Shown here: positions 51,394 through 64,000 of the stretch, one piece after another
Layout of the letters: the number at the start of each line of letters is the position of its first letter
How positions within the stretch are numbered: position 1 is the first letter of the stretch
From: Catajapyx aquilonaris
Lineage: Eukaryota
Assembly: GCA_000934665.2 (NCBI GenBank)
Contig: KZ537999.1
Coordinates: 248,001-312,000 of the forward strand
DNA: 64,000 nt
Direction: 5' to 3'
Position numbers and translations under genes: made by a program
Notes under the pieces: generated by a model
The model's input: only the letters and a program-made list of their open reading frames with translations
What the model was told of the DNA's origin: nothing
Databases searched by the model: none

Positions 51394-52576
51394 ATGGCAT
51401 TTGTGTCAAATTTTTTTACTATTAAAGCAAAAGTAGCAGTAGATTTTTTTAACAAAGCAAAAGAAAAATTTGAATCATGGTCGGATATATTGGATGGTAC
51501 AACAGAGCCTGTATATGGTGTGGTATACAGGAGTTGTCCTTTTCATTATGTCTTTGTTGAGAGAAGTACCCATCAACAACGTCCCCCTTCCCAGGATTAT
51601 CGTAGCTGTTACGTCCAACCCACATCACCACGACCGGATGACCACCAACAACGTCCCCCTTCCCAGGATTATCATCACAGCTACGTCCAACCCACATCAT
51701 CACGACCGCATGACCACCAAAATCTTCACACTTACAGATTAGAATTTGCCCAAAGCAATGCCAACCAAGGCAAAAGACCGAGTTCTGCTCCTGCTGCTAG
51801 AGAGAACCATTTTCAATACCGACATTCCTACCCCACTTCAAGTGCACAATTGCACGATAATCAACCACGAAAGGGATGTTTATCTCTCTTCATAAATTAC
51901 AAGGCAGGCATATTAAAGATTAGCACAAAAAATCTCCAAAAGCCCTACAAAAACATCACGTACGCTAATTGTAGAGGAGATCCTGCCAGAATCACTTTGC
52001 CTGTAAGTATAATTTCACGTTTTATAATTAATTACATTTACGGGACAAACATCGTCACATCAGCGACATGCATGACCATAAACTCACTCTAGAACCTAAA
52101 CATTAACAATAATGTAACTTTTATTGTTGCAGGTTGACTACCTCACATCGTCCCGTAGCACTGATGACATAATTTTCAGCGTCGACGCCAAATGTTTTCT
52201 GGACATAAATGTTCGCGGGACATCTGGCGTTACAAGCCTGTGCACAGACGACAAAGCCAGGGACAGGAAACTGGCTGAAATGTGGAATGTGCTAGACACG
52301 TTTCGAAAAAAGGATGAGGTGAAGAAAAAGAAAGATGCAGCCAAAAGATACTTGGAGTCTTTCATTTACAACCTGAAGCAGGCCATGGAAGGAGCACCAG
52401 AGGATGTTCTGCCGAAAGGACAGAAGGAGGAAGCAATTAAGAAGTGCAATAAAATGTTGGACCTTCTAGAGGAATGTGACAATCTGGAAGACGAAATGTT
52501 CAAACGTGAGGTGGAAGATTTTAAGGCAACGATGGTACCCCTAATGGAAAAGTTAGGGCGTTCCTTGAATCAGTAA
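51394..52576 (+). CDS. Locus O: NBD-less HSP70 derivative (repeat linker + degenerate SBD + lid, ~350 aa)
   Basis: Exons 51394-52002 and 52133-52576. Motifs LFINYKAGILKI, IIFSVDAKCFLD, AKRYLESFIYNLKQ. Confidence 0.77.
51571..51720 (+). repeat. 72-bp coding tandem repeat (2 copies of a 24-aa unit)
   Basis: HQQRPPSQDYRSCYVQPTSPRPDD / HQQRPPSQDYHHSYVQPTSSRPHD. Confidence 0.93.
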
Positions 52577-53223
52577 TTGGGGGGCAGCAGGAATCTGCTA
52601 CGACAAATGTTTCATCCAGCGAAATATCATAATATTGTAACTATTATATAATTTTCTGTCAACCGCATCATTAACCAAATAAACAGATTGAGGTAACATT
52701 ACAAGCAGAGGGATATTATTATTTTTAAACATGCCTGTCTCAGTATCTTCCAATCAAGTTTTCCTACAACCAGATATATAAATCCATAATTATATACAGC
52801 TGGACAACAACGTTTCCGGCGATTCCATGCTTCTCAGTCGTTACAAATACGACCCAGAATAATTTACGTACTGTACCGGTACGTTATGTAACATATTTTG
52901 CAGTAGATGGCGACACTCCTGCACCAAGGCCTCTTAGAATAGATTGCAGTCAGATTAAGTATGATTAGTTGCTCTACAGGTGATCAGTGAGGATAAAGCA
53001 AAAGGTACGAGCTCGCCCATAATGGCCACATGACCTTCCCTTTTCTATTTGCAACTCGTTTCAAATCTAACAGCATTTGACCTTGTCATAATATGAAAAT
53101 ATCATAAATGGAATATCAATGTGAATATTGTTTGCATGTTGCAGAAACAACGAGCCATAATAAATAGTTGAAAACCTATACAAATGAATTCAATCATATA
53201 CTAACTGCATGAATATTAACAGG

Positions 53224-54954
53224 ATGACCGAGACAAGAGCGATTGGGATCGACCTGGGCACCACCTACACAAGGGTGGCAGTCTGGCACGAAGGTCAGGT
53301 CAAGATCCTTCCAAACGATCACGGAAACCAAGCAACACACAATTACGTCGGCTTCAACGACACGTCAGACAGGCTGGTTGGTGATCCCGCAAAAAAGCAG
53401 GCAAGCAACGTCTCAACAATTGGCAAGGCCTTTTATTTGACGCCTTATTTTGACAATTGCAGGAATTTTTGTACTCGAAGAGCACCGCTTTCGATTTCAA
53501 ACGCCTGATAGGTCGCCCTTCAAAGGATATCCTCACAGAAAGCGACAAACTCAAGCGGTTCTGGCCATTTGAAGTGGAGGACAGGGACGGTTACTCGGCA
53601 GTCAGTGTAATATACGACAAAAATGAACGATGGTTTCACACAATCACAATGACAGCCATGATACTGGAAAAGATGAAGGACATCGCTACAGATTTTTTGA
53701 AAGCACCGGTGGCCCACGCATTGGTGACGGTACCAGCCTCTTTCAACGACGTCCAACGACAGGCGACGATCGACGCTGGACGTGTCGCCGGATTTGAAAC
53801 TGTCCACCTTATAAACGAGCCAACATCAGCCGCTATTGCCTACGCAGTGGACACCAGACTTCAGAAGAAGAGCAACGTCCTTGTGCTCAGCATCGGAGGA
53901 GGATCACTTGATGTATCGGTGGTCGAAATACAAGGACTGAACATCCAGGTGTTGTCCACTGTCGGAGATCCATGCATGGGAGGAATGGACCTCGACATTA
54001 GTCTAGCAGAGTACATTATGAATGAGGATAAAAGCATCCCGATTGACCAAAACGATACAAAGTCGCTAATGAAGGTCCGTAACGCTTGCGAGAAGGCAAA
54101 GCAGAATTTGTCACTAATTAAAGAGACTCGAGTGGAAGTGGATGGCCTGGAGGGAGGGAAAAATTACACCACCACGGTATGCATCATGACACATTTTTAC
54201 ATTTCTTATCTGCATGAAATAATGACATTGTCCGTCGCTGGCTACCCCATCATTGGGACAGTGCCGTGATGAATGTAATAAAACAATGCATGAGTCGATT
54301 TCATTTCAGATTACGCAGGACACGTTTGAAGAAGTGTGCAAGGACTTCTTTGTCAAAACTGAAGGACTAGTTAAAGAAGCTCTCGAGAAGACTGACCTGC
54401 AGGAAACAGATATCGACGACGTGCTTCTTGTGGGTGGGTCTACTTACATCCCCAAAATACGACAGATTATTCCAAAAGTGTTTGGCGGTAAACAACATTG
54501 CAAGAGCGTACATCCGGAGGAAGCAGCCGTTTGTGGAGCTGCAATGCAAGCAGCGGTTGCCATCAACAAAGAGAAGAGTGAACGAATCAGAGACCTGGTC
54601 GTCGAGGATATAGTTCCTCTGAAGATGCGTGTTGTCATTACTGAAGGACAGATCACCATCGAAATGATTCGTGATTCGAAAATTCCATTTGCAGACAAGT
54701 TGGACCACATTAAGGTGACTTCTGCACTTTAGACGTTGTGACCATTATTTTTAAACACATCCCATTTCACAATTTTTTGACAGGAAGGGAAAGATGAAGT
54801 CACCTTGGATTTACGGTCTGAAAGACATGGCGTACCACGTGGTGAACCTGAGCTTCAAGTGACAATAAACACGGATGAACAAGGAGTCCTCACTGCCAGG
54901 GCCAGTGCATCAGTTTTTGGTCAAAAGAAGACGATCAGAGATATTACGTTCTAA
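53224..54954 (+). CDS. Locus P: lid-less divergent HSP70 (NBD + shortened beta-SBD, ~488 aa)
   Basis: Exons 53224-53400 (GC donor), 53463-54176, 54310-54714, 54784-54954. Motifs [37 protein letters not shown]; last exon [25 protein letters not shown]...DITF*. Confidence 0.82.
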
Positions 54955-55484
54955 ATATTAGGGGAAGCCACTCTCACACTTGTTGCAATATGCAAGATGT
55001 TCAAATTACAGGAGCATGTGGATGTTAAGGACATGTTTATACACCAGATGAAGACCTGAACTTCAATATGATGAGCATAAAATTTGTCATTGTTAATGTA
55101 GGCCTACTCCTCTGGGATTACTTTCTGATCATGGAATCGGATGTTTCATAGAAAAAGTACAATCCTCCAGAAAAATTTTGAGGTAAAAATTTATTTTATG
55201 CAAAAATAATATTGCAATACTTTTCCACCGTCACACTCTCATAATATTGAAATTTAAGTGTCACTCTGATCGTTTTGCATTTCAGGGTTTCAAATAAATA
55301 GACGCTATAACAAAATGGCTGGGTTGGATTTATGAGCAACTCATTGTCATTGTGAAGGTAAAGAAAAATGTAACAATAAAATAATTCAGTATGGTTCTAA
55401 ATCTTGTTGTGGACATGAAATCTTGTTGTACGTACTGTACTTCGAATTTTGTAACTTGCAGGTCGTGGAGATAATTAGTGTTGT

Positions 55485-55485
<1 letters not shown>

Positions 55486-55547
<62 letters not shown>
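55486..55547 (+). repeat. (CTA)n microsatellite
   Basis: Directly visible. Confidence 0.97.
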
Positions 55548-57746
55548 ACTATTTTACGCGATATTGTATACCTGCCCGTCTATCTGATTCGTTGGACACT
55601 TTTAGCTTGCTTCAATGAATAAGACCTCTATTGTGTAATGACATCATGAATATGGTATATATGCCTGCTGTAGTAGTAGTATAGACGTATAGTGGTCTAT
55701 TATTTGTCATCTTCTCAGGCCATGCACACTTAGGGCCTTATGCGACAGACGGCCTTGTTATACAGATGACAAATCTGTATGACATCAGACAAATCAATAG
55801 CCAAACAATTCCAAGTCTAAACTTCAGTCGAATGTTTTTCTGAACAGCTTTCCTCATATTTTCTGAATTTGATATTTATTGAGTGTAGCATATTATGACG
55901 CGGTATAATGTGTGTAGCACTTACACGAAAAGGGAGCACTTTTATTGCGATCTCAACTACCTGTGACAAATATATCAATCCTCTTGTACACTAATAATAA
56001 GATCAACTGAATTCCATCTCCCTCTCCTATTCAACCCATATTTTGGGACGATAAAATCGACATGACCGTGGCGAAATTTCCACATGAAGAGCTGGAAAAG
56101 TATCCTGACCATCATTTGGCAACCCTGCAGAGTCATGGCAACTTTATCAGCTGATATTTTCACTTCGCTTGCAGTTTCAAACCACATAACTTTTTAATAG
56201 TTTCAAATGACGTCATAATTTATGGGCGATCCCTTAGCTTATGTTCCTTTGGCTACAGACACATTACATGTGGCTATATTACAGTAGGCTGTACAGTACA
56301 GTCATGTTATTGTTTTATTCGGTACAAGTTTATTATTGTGCATATGACCTCGTAAGTGAGAAGAATTAAATTTCATGATACTTGCACATATTGCATCTTA
56401 AAAGTTTGCCAGCAGAATTTTTTTCCCTTCATTGTCATGAAGGAAATAGTTTTAAAAAGTGTAGGCCAGGGTGTGCTGCCCCCATAAATATGTCGCAACT
56501 ATATTGCACAAATATGTTCTCAGAACGTACTGATTTCCTTATGATAACAAGGAATGCAGTCGTTAGTAGGGGACGTTTTCATTCAGGCTTTTATTTGTTC
56601 ACCGATTTGTTAACTCTTGCGATAACATGTTGGTGAATTATTTAATCTGATATCCAGCTCACAATGCGAGACAAATGATGTCGGGTTTAAAATGGGACAG
56701 ATAAATATGTGTTAAAAGAAAATGTCCCCATTGAGCTCTAAAAATTAAAGTACAACCCATTTTATTGTTCAGGGCATAACTTTCATTCTACCTTGTCAAG
56801 GGCCTTTGTTTTTACAAAATCTCAAGAGTTGTTATATATATCATTTTTCCCCGTATTGTGAAGGTTACATAATACAGTGCACACTTGAATCAAGTTTGAA
56901 TTAAGCAGATAAGATTATATGGAGAGGACTTTAAGTTAGTGCCAGCACTGCATGCGTCATGATAAAATCGCGTTAGGAGGTGAATATGAGAGTGACAACG
57001 CCTTTAAAGAACATCAAGGACAGCCGAAATAGAAAAAAAAATACAAAAGTTGATTGTACAATAAGGGAATGATAAATTGATCGCTTGGCATGTAAGGTAA
57101 TGCTCATTTCCTACGAGTTTTGCACCGGCTCTTACTTCTTGGTCATTTTGACACACAAGCACTAGAGTCGCAACTACGCAGTATGTTCATGATGTAAGTT
57201 GTTCTTTACCTCTTATGTCAACATCAGAAAATGAAAGAGGCGAATTAAACTGTTTGGTTTTATTATTTACATTCTCTTACACAACAGTAAATCTATAGTC
57301 AGGATTTATTATAATAATTATGTAATCCTTTAGAGTCGCCATTGTCTGTCTACGTACTGCCACGTGATAAGTGATAAGTTATCATCCTTTGAAGACAAGT
57401 GGATTGGGTACGTAGCTTGGGCATATTTTCCCCCCAGCTTCATTCCTGCAGTTATTTCGTGGGTGTTATCAATTATTCAAGAAGTGTGAAACACTCTCAC
57501 ATTAGCATGTCCTGTGGGTCACACATCGTGAGACAGTAAGTGAGCAAACATTAAACACTTGGTTATCAAACAGAGAAGTTATGTTTTGATTATGATCATC
57601 TCTTTCCTACATGTGTTTATTCATAAGAAAGTTATGTATTCTTCGTGGTTAGGATAATAAAAATGTTAAAGATTTGCAATATTTATAGGCGAAACTACAG
57701 AAAACACTCATTGGATTTCTAATAAGACTGAAGAAGGATATTAGAA

Positions 57747-58312
57747 ATGGGACCAGCTGTGGGCATAGATTTGGGCACCACGTGTTCCTGCATCGCCGTG
57801 TGGAAAGATGGCAGTGTTAAGATACTCTTCAACGATCGTGGAAATCGAGTGACGCCAAGTTACGTCGCGTTTGATGGAACTGACAGACTCATAGGAGAGG
57901 CCGCCAAAAAACAGGTCAGGCAATGGTTTTGGGTGCATTATCTATACAGAAAAATGTTTGCAATTATTTTTAAACCCCCTTTTAAATAGCTCAGTGATTA
58001 CAGCCTTTTTCAAAATTGCAGATTGTGTTGTCACCTGAAAACACCGTGTTTGATGCCAAGCGCCTGATTGGTCGCAAATATGATGACCCCCACGTTCAGC
58101 ATGACTTGAATTCCTGGTCTTTTCAAGTAGTAAACGAGTCTGGGAAACCCCGTATTGTAGTCGAGTATCAAGGTGGAAAGAAGAACTTTAATCCCGAGCA
58201 GATTAGTTCCATGATTTTGGCTCATTTGAAAGCAACAGCTGAGTCCTTCCTAGGGACCAAGGTGACCGACGCGGTGGTGACAGTTCCGGCCTATTTCAAC
58301 GACTCCCAAAGA

Positions 58313-58344
<32 letters not shown>

Positions 58345-59967
58345 TCTGAACGTCCTGCAAATTATCAACGAACCCACAGCAGCAGCCATTGCTTACGGAT
58401 TGGAAAACAATTCGAAGGAAGAGAAAAACGTGTTGGTTTACGACCTCGGAGGAGGAACCTTTGACGTCACTGTGCTGACCATCAAAGGCCTGACCTTCAC
58501 TGTCAGGTCGACAAGCGGTGACACCCACTTGGGAGGGAGAGATTTTGACAACATAATGGTGGATATATGCGTCGATATGCTGAAGAAGAAGCACAAGAAA
58601 GACATCAGAGGGAACCACAGGGCCTTGCAAAGACTGCGAATCGCCTGCGAGGAGGCCAAGCAAGCTCTGTCTAGCATTGATAACACAGACGTTGTAATAG
58701 ATAACATTTGCGATGGAGTCGATTTAAAACACAAGGTGTATATCAAAGAATTTAGACTAATGGCCATATTATTACCACATATAAGTTGTTATTCCGGCCA
58801 TTAAAATATATGAATTTATTTCAGATGTCTAGACTCAAATTCGAGGACCACTGCCTACCGCTGTTTAGAAAGACCTTGGAGATTGTGAAGAAAGCTCTTT
58901 CTGATGCCAAACTAGAAAAAAAAGACATCCATGACGTTGTTCTGGTTGGTGGTTCCACCCGCATCCCAAAAATACAGGCCATGGTTAAGGATTTCTTCAA
59001 CAATAAAGAGCTCTGCAGGAATGTCCATCCGGATGAAGCCGTTGCAGTTGGGGCCGCTGTTCAAGCCGCTGTCCTTCACGGTGACAACAAAGGTAACCTC
59101 ATAAACGAAGTGGTGCTGGAGGACGTGCTTCCCATGTCTCTTGGAACCGAAGTGGACGGGCACATCATGAGAGTGATTTTACCAAAAAACAGCAAAATAC
59201 CATGCTCAGAATCCAAGCTATTTACAACATTTCGTGATCAACAGGATAAGATCAACATTCGCGTAAGTATTGCTGCTGAAAATAATGTTGCTTGAGTAAA
59301 GCCGCTGAACCTAACTGTACTATGGGCGCCAAAAGAATTGACCGGAGTTGATGGGTATATGGCGCTATATACCCATCAACTCCGGTCAATTCTTTTGGCG
59401 CCCATAGTACAAGTTGCAGCCATGAAGAGGCTATATGTTGGTGCAACTCATCCATTATTTTTGTAGGTCTTTGAAGGCGAGAATGAGGAGGCGATGGACA
59501 ACAACCTGCTAGATTCATTTGAACTGACAGGCTTTCCTCTGCAGCCAAAAGGAGTTCCCAAGTTCAAAGTGACCTTTGAAGTTGACACAAATGGCATTCT
59601 GAGCGTCTCCGCAGTTGACACAGCGATGGGTATAAAGAAGTGCATAAAGGTCACGAATGCAAGAGGACGATTCACTCAAGAAGAGATTGACAAGATGAAG
59701 GCTGAGGATGAAACACTCAATGAAGGGGCGAGAAAGGGTAAAGAGCGAGACACAGCCAAGTCAGAATTGGAATCTTACGTCTATTTTGTGAAGGAGAAAC
59801 TGCAGTGCATGTCTACTGGATCGGCTAGTCGAGAAAAACGAAAAGATGCTCTGCTAAAAAAGTGCATTGATCTCCTTGACTGGCTGGATGAGGGTGAAGT
59901 TGCGGACAAAAAAACATGTGAAGAAAAACTGCGCATATTAAAAAAGGAATGGGAAAAATTTTCATAA
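57747..59967 (+). CDS. Locus Q: near-canonical HSP70 family protein (~606 aa, no EEVD)
   Basis: Exons 57747-57914, 58022-58735, 58825-59262, 59467-59967. Motifs [54 protein letters not shown]. Most similar to the second half of loci A and G. Confidence 0.9.
59316..59411. mobile_element. Perfect palindromic MITE-like foldback in intron 3 of Q
   Basis: 45-bp perfect arms (59316-59360, 59367-59411) with a 6-nt loop GGCGCT; TA flanks around CTATGGGC...GCCCATAG. Confidence 0.75.
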
Positions 59968-60256
59968 GGAGCAATAAGTAGCGAAGGACAAGGTAATTAA
60001 GAAAATCGCTGCCCCATAATGCGATCATATGGCTGGCCTGAAAAACAATAAACTTTATTATGCAATAAATTCTGCTATGTAAACAGTTATAATAATTATT
60101 ATGAAGTATGAGACGATGTGATATTCCAGATACTCCATTGATCGAGACATCGGGTCCATTAAGACAACTTTGAATATTACCAGCAGTGAACATTCCAAAA
60201 TATTCATTATTTCTAAATTAAATAAATAATTTGCCTTAGTTTGTATACATGTTTGT

Positions 60257-60420
60257 ACGAGGGCACGTCAATAAAGAGTAAGAAATAATTCATTTTTCAC
60301 GGAATGCATTAACCAGGTTTATATTGTGTTTTTCGACAAAGCCCCCATTGAGTTGTATGCACTTGGCCCAACATTTCTGGCAGTCGTGGAAGACAGCATG
60401 CTAGAACCAGTTTTTTGACA
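60257..60420 (-). mobile_element. Mariner transposase 3'-end remnant
   Basis: Minus strand reads KNWF*HAVFHDCQKCWAKCIQLNGGFVEK, like the mariner C-terminal 'RWxKCIxxxGxYVEK'; ends at a TACGAGGG-type terminus. Confidence 0.6.
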
Positions 60421-62232
60421 TCGTCTTCACAACCGCCTCCGCGCTTACCTAGAACATTTTCGTGGGGGGTCGAACTTGGGGGAGGAGGGAGAGGGGAAGG
60501 GAGGATAGTTTACTTTTTACAACACCGCGCTGCCCCCCTACGGAGGATAATGTTACAGAAAATAAAAAAGCTAGAAAAATTTTATTGGCCTAAAGTATTG
60601 CCTTCCGGAAAAGCTTTCTGTCATCGTCATTCACAAAATGTTATATGACGAAACCCTTAAATTCAGTTCCTTTGGCTATACAGATAAACATGTGGCTACA
60701 TTACATTAGGCTGTACAATACATGTCATTGGCTTCTTCGGTACAAGTTAATAAATTATTGTTCAAATGACCTCGTAACTGAGACGAATTAAATTTCACGA
60801 TGTTTGCACTTACAAGGTTATAGTGTATCTTAAAAGTTTGCCAAACAGACATAATTTTCCTTCATTGTCGTGAGGAAAATGTCCTTTAAAAAGTGTAATA
60901 TATGCTGCCCCCGTTATGTTGTAACTACAGTACCGTATATTGAACCAGAAATTTCTCAGAACGTACTGATTTCCTTATTAATAATTAGTAGGGGACGTTT
61001 TCATTCAAGTTTTTATTTTGTTCGCAGATTTGTTCACTCTTGCGATAACAGTCATGTTGGTGAAGTGTTTAATCTGACATATCCAGCTCACAATGAGAGA
61101 CAAGTGATATCGGGTTTAAAATATGACAGATATGCCTATGTGTTAAGAAAATGTCCCAATAATATTGAGGTCTAAAAATGAAAGCACAGGCCATTTTGAA
61201 TTTTTCAATGCATAATTTTCTTTCTACATTGTTGCAGAACCTTTTTTCTTCATAAAAACTCAAGAGTTGTAATTAACAATTTTTCCTCAAATGATTGTGT
61301 GTTACATAAGATAACTTCTGTATACAGTGTACACGTGAATCAAGTCTGAATTAAGCTGATAAGATTGTATGGTTTTAAGTTAGCGCCCATCATGATAAAA
61401 TCACATTAGAAGGTGAATATGAGAGTGATAACTCCTCCATTTAAAGAACTTCAAGGACAGCCGAAATTGGAAAATAATACAAAAGTTGATTGTCCAATAA
61501 GCGAATGATAAAGTGATAGCTTGAAATGTAAGGTAATGCTCATTTCCTAAGAGTTTTGCACCGGCACTTACTTCTTGGTCATTTTGACGGGATTTAATAC
61601 CCTGCTGGACACACAAGCAAGGAAGAGTCGCAACTATGCAGTATGTTCATGATGTAAGTTGTTCTTTACCTCTTATGTAAACAGGAGAAAATGGAAGAGG
61701 TGAATTAAACTGTTTGGTATACATTATTTATATTCTCTTACACAACAGTAAACCTAGTTAGGATTTATCATAATATTATGTAATCCATTGGAATCGCCAT
61801 TGTATGTCTACGTACTTCCATACGTAATTAGTGATAAGTTATCATTCGTTGAAGGCAAGTGGATTGGGTACGCATCCTGTGCATATGTCCTGTCAGCTTC
61901 ATTCCTGGAGTTATTTAGTGGGTGTTATTACAGGATTTATCAATTATTCAAGCAGCGTGAAACACTCTCACATCAGCATGTCCTGCGGGTCACACCTCGT
62001 GAGAGAGTAAGTTCGAGCAAACATTGAACACTTGGTTATAAAACAGAGAAGTTATGATTTTTATTATGAACTATGAACATTTCTTTCCCACATGTGTTTA
62101 TAATATTCATAAGAAAGCTATGTATTCTTCGTGGTTAGGATAATAAAAATGTTAAATATTTGCACTATTTATAGGTGAAACCACGGAAAACACTCATTGG
62201 ATTTCTAATAAGACTGAAGAAGGATATTAGAA

Positions 62233-64000
62233 ATGGGAGCAGCTCAGAGTAGGATAAAATCCGGAAAAGGTGGCCACAATATGAAAATATTACCTGAGGA
62301 CAAGAAAAATGAGGATTCAGGGGTTTTCCTAGACGGGGGATTCAAATCTGTCGTTTGAAATGCATAATTAAATATGGCGGATCCAATATGGCGGATGAAA
62401 TAATAGAAAACTAATCACATTTGACTGAAAATGTTGAATTTAGGGGTTTTCTTAGACACGGAATTGAAATATGTTGTTTAAAATGTATAATTAAAGGTGA
62501 CGAATCCAATATAGAACACAGCTTAACGTGAAACTAATGAGACTAAAAGAAAAACTGCTATTTTGGGGTGCCCAAGAGTAGGGGTTCTTATTTTGAAAGA
62601 TCCCCGGTTTCATCATATTCCGGTCTTGGTCAAACTTTCCCTAAGGATTGGGAGGCATTCCTCCGAACCGTTTAGCATTCTACATCAAATTAAAAATAAA
62701 AGCAGGAAACAAGTTTGCGCTCTCACGTCGCCACATAATCGGAGCTCATGTCAGGATTAGTATCGTAATTGCTTACAACAATTACTGAACTTCCAGATAT
62801 TTCTTATGCTCTGCGCTTGGAACATTGTTCATTGTGTTGAAGAGTTTCAACCTTGCAAACTATAGCCCTCTGGAAATGAAGCACAATTTCGTAAGCCTAT
62901 CGGCGGGGTAAATTGAGAAATCGCGCAACAGCGTAATGTAATAGAAAAATATGATGTGGGGTGGGGGAGAAGGCAAATGCAGATTTAGCTCCCAAACGGA
63001 CACGTTCGAGCACCCACTTCCAACTAAAAAATATGAAGGTATAAAGAGAGGCCTTTCGCAATTGCAGTTGACCTGGAAATACCTGACGCCTCATATTTTC
63101 CTCGAAATTGATTTTTTTACATGACGCAATTGCCGACTCTGAAAGTCTGCCACTTCGAGTTAATTTTGACAAAACTCTGATCGTTTTACCCATTAATGTT
63201 TTTAAATGTAGCTCATACCCTTATACCTACTGGGTCCAATCTCTTTCCCTGCACTTTGGTGCACCTATACATAATGGGAAATGACATTTTCCAAACATCG
63301 TCACGAGCACATGACTTGTGTTTGCACTTAGCTTTTCCGCCCCATGGGTGCCATTTTTGCCAGGTTTATTATGGAGATACGACGTGGATTCGTGTAAACG
63401 TCATTTCTGTAGCAGGGAAATGTCAGGAATCAATCAAAGAATAAATTATGTTTTAAATCCCACCAACTGAAAAAATTGAATTTGGCCATGTTTTTCACGT
63501 TCTGTCCTACTGTGCAGCTGTGGGCATAGATTTGGGTACCACGTGTTCCTGCATCGCCGTGTGGAAGGATGGCAAGGTTGAGATACTTTTCAACGATAGT
63601 GGAAATCGAGTGACGCCAAGTTACGTCGCCTTTGATGGAACTGACAGGTACATAGGAGAGGCAGCCAAAAAACAGGTCAGTTATCTATAGAGAAAAATGT
63701 TTGCAATTATTTTTGAACCTATTTGAAATAGCTCAGTAAGTTATTCCAATCCATGAGATGATTGATAGTGATTACAGCCGTTTTCAAAATTGCAGATTGT
63801 GTTGTCACCTGAAAACACCGTGTTTGATGCCAAGCGCCTGATTGGTCGCAAATATGATGATCCACACGTTCAGAATGACTTGAATTCCTGGTCTTTTCAA
63901 GTAGTAAACGAGTCTGGGAAACCCCGTATTGTAGTGGAGTATCAAGGGGGAAAGAAGTACTTTAATCCCGAGCAGATTAGTTCCATGATTTTGGCTTATT
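62233..64000 (+). pseudogene. Locus R: duplicate of Q, interrupted after codon 4 by a transposon; continues beyond the window
   Basis: ATG GGA GCA GCT at 62233-62244; resumes GTG GGC ATA GAT TTG GGT ACC at 63520-63675; exon 2 from 63796 ([17 protein letters not shown]). Confidence 0.82.
62245..63514. mobile_element. Non-autonomous Transib-like DNA transposon
   Basis: 5-bp TSD CAGCT (62240-62244, 63515-63519); imperfect TIRs CAGAGTAGGATAAAA...TGGCCA and CACAGTAGGACAGAA...TGGCCA; absent from the paralogous site in Q. Confidence 0.75.

Larger units (their letters stand above)
56205..64000 (+). repeat. Tandem segmental duplication (about 56205-58225 vs 60645-64000, running off the window)
   Basis: About 1.55 kb of upstream DNA plus exons 1-2 of Q are repeated at high identity. 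Confidence 0.9.

Overview
AT-rich animal (probably arthropod/protostome) genomic DNA occupied by a dense array of intron-containing HSP70-derived genes. I resolve 16 loci plus one relic, interspersed with two divergent ionotropic-receptor (IR-like) loci and many small transposons. Gene models were spliced by eye, and exon lengths sum to multiples of 3 in the models called intact. They fall into modular classes: (1) near-canonical HSP70s lacking EEVD; (2) genes whose nucleotide-binding domain (NBD) has altered catalytic motifs (NEP->DSS/DNS/DDC/DNP/DTS; DLGGGT->D[MLI]GTY), followed by a disordered linker, a degenerate substrate-binding remnant and the helical lid; (3) NBD-less genes made only of linker + remnant + lid; (4) a lid-less NBD+beta gene; (5) a double-NBD fusion (altered NBD spliced in frame to a near-canonical HSP70), with a second copy broken by a deletion. 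The linkers share a recurrent H-[EQ]-Y-x-x-[SA]-[FY]-like peptide that I do not recognise. Several loci are damaged by a nonsense codon, a deletion, a SINE or a Transib-like insertion, consistent with rapid birth-and-death evolution. No database search or expression data were available, so functions and novelty are inference.
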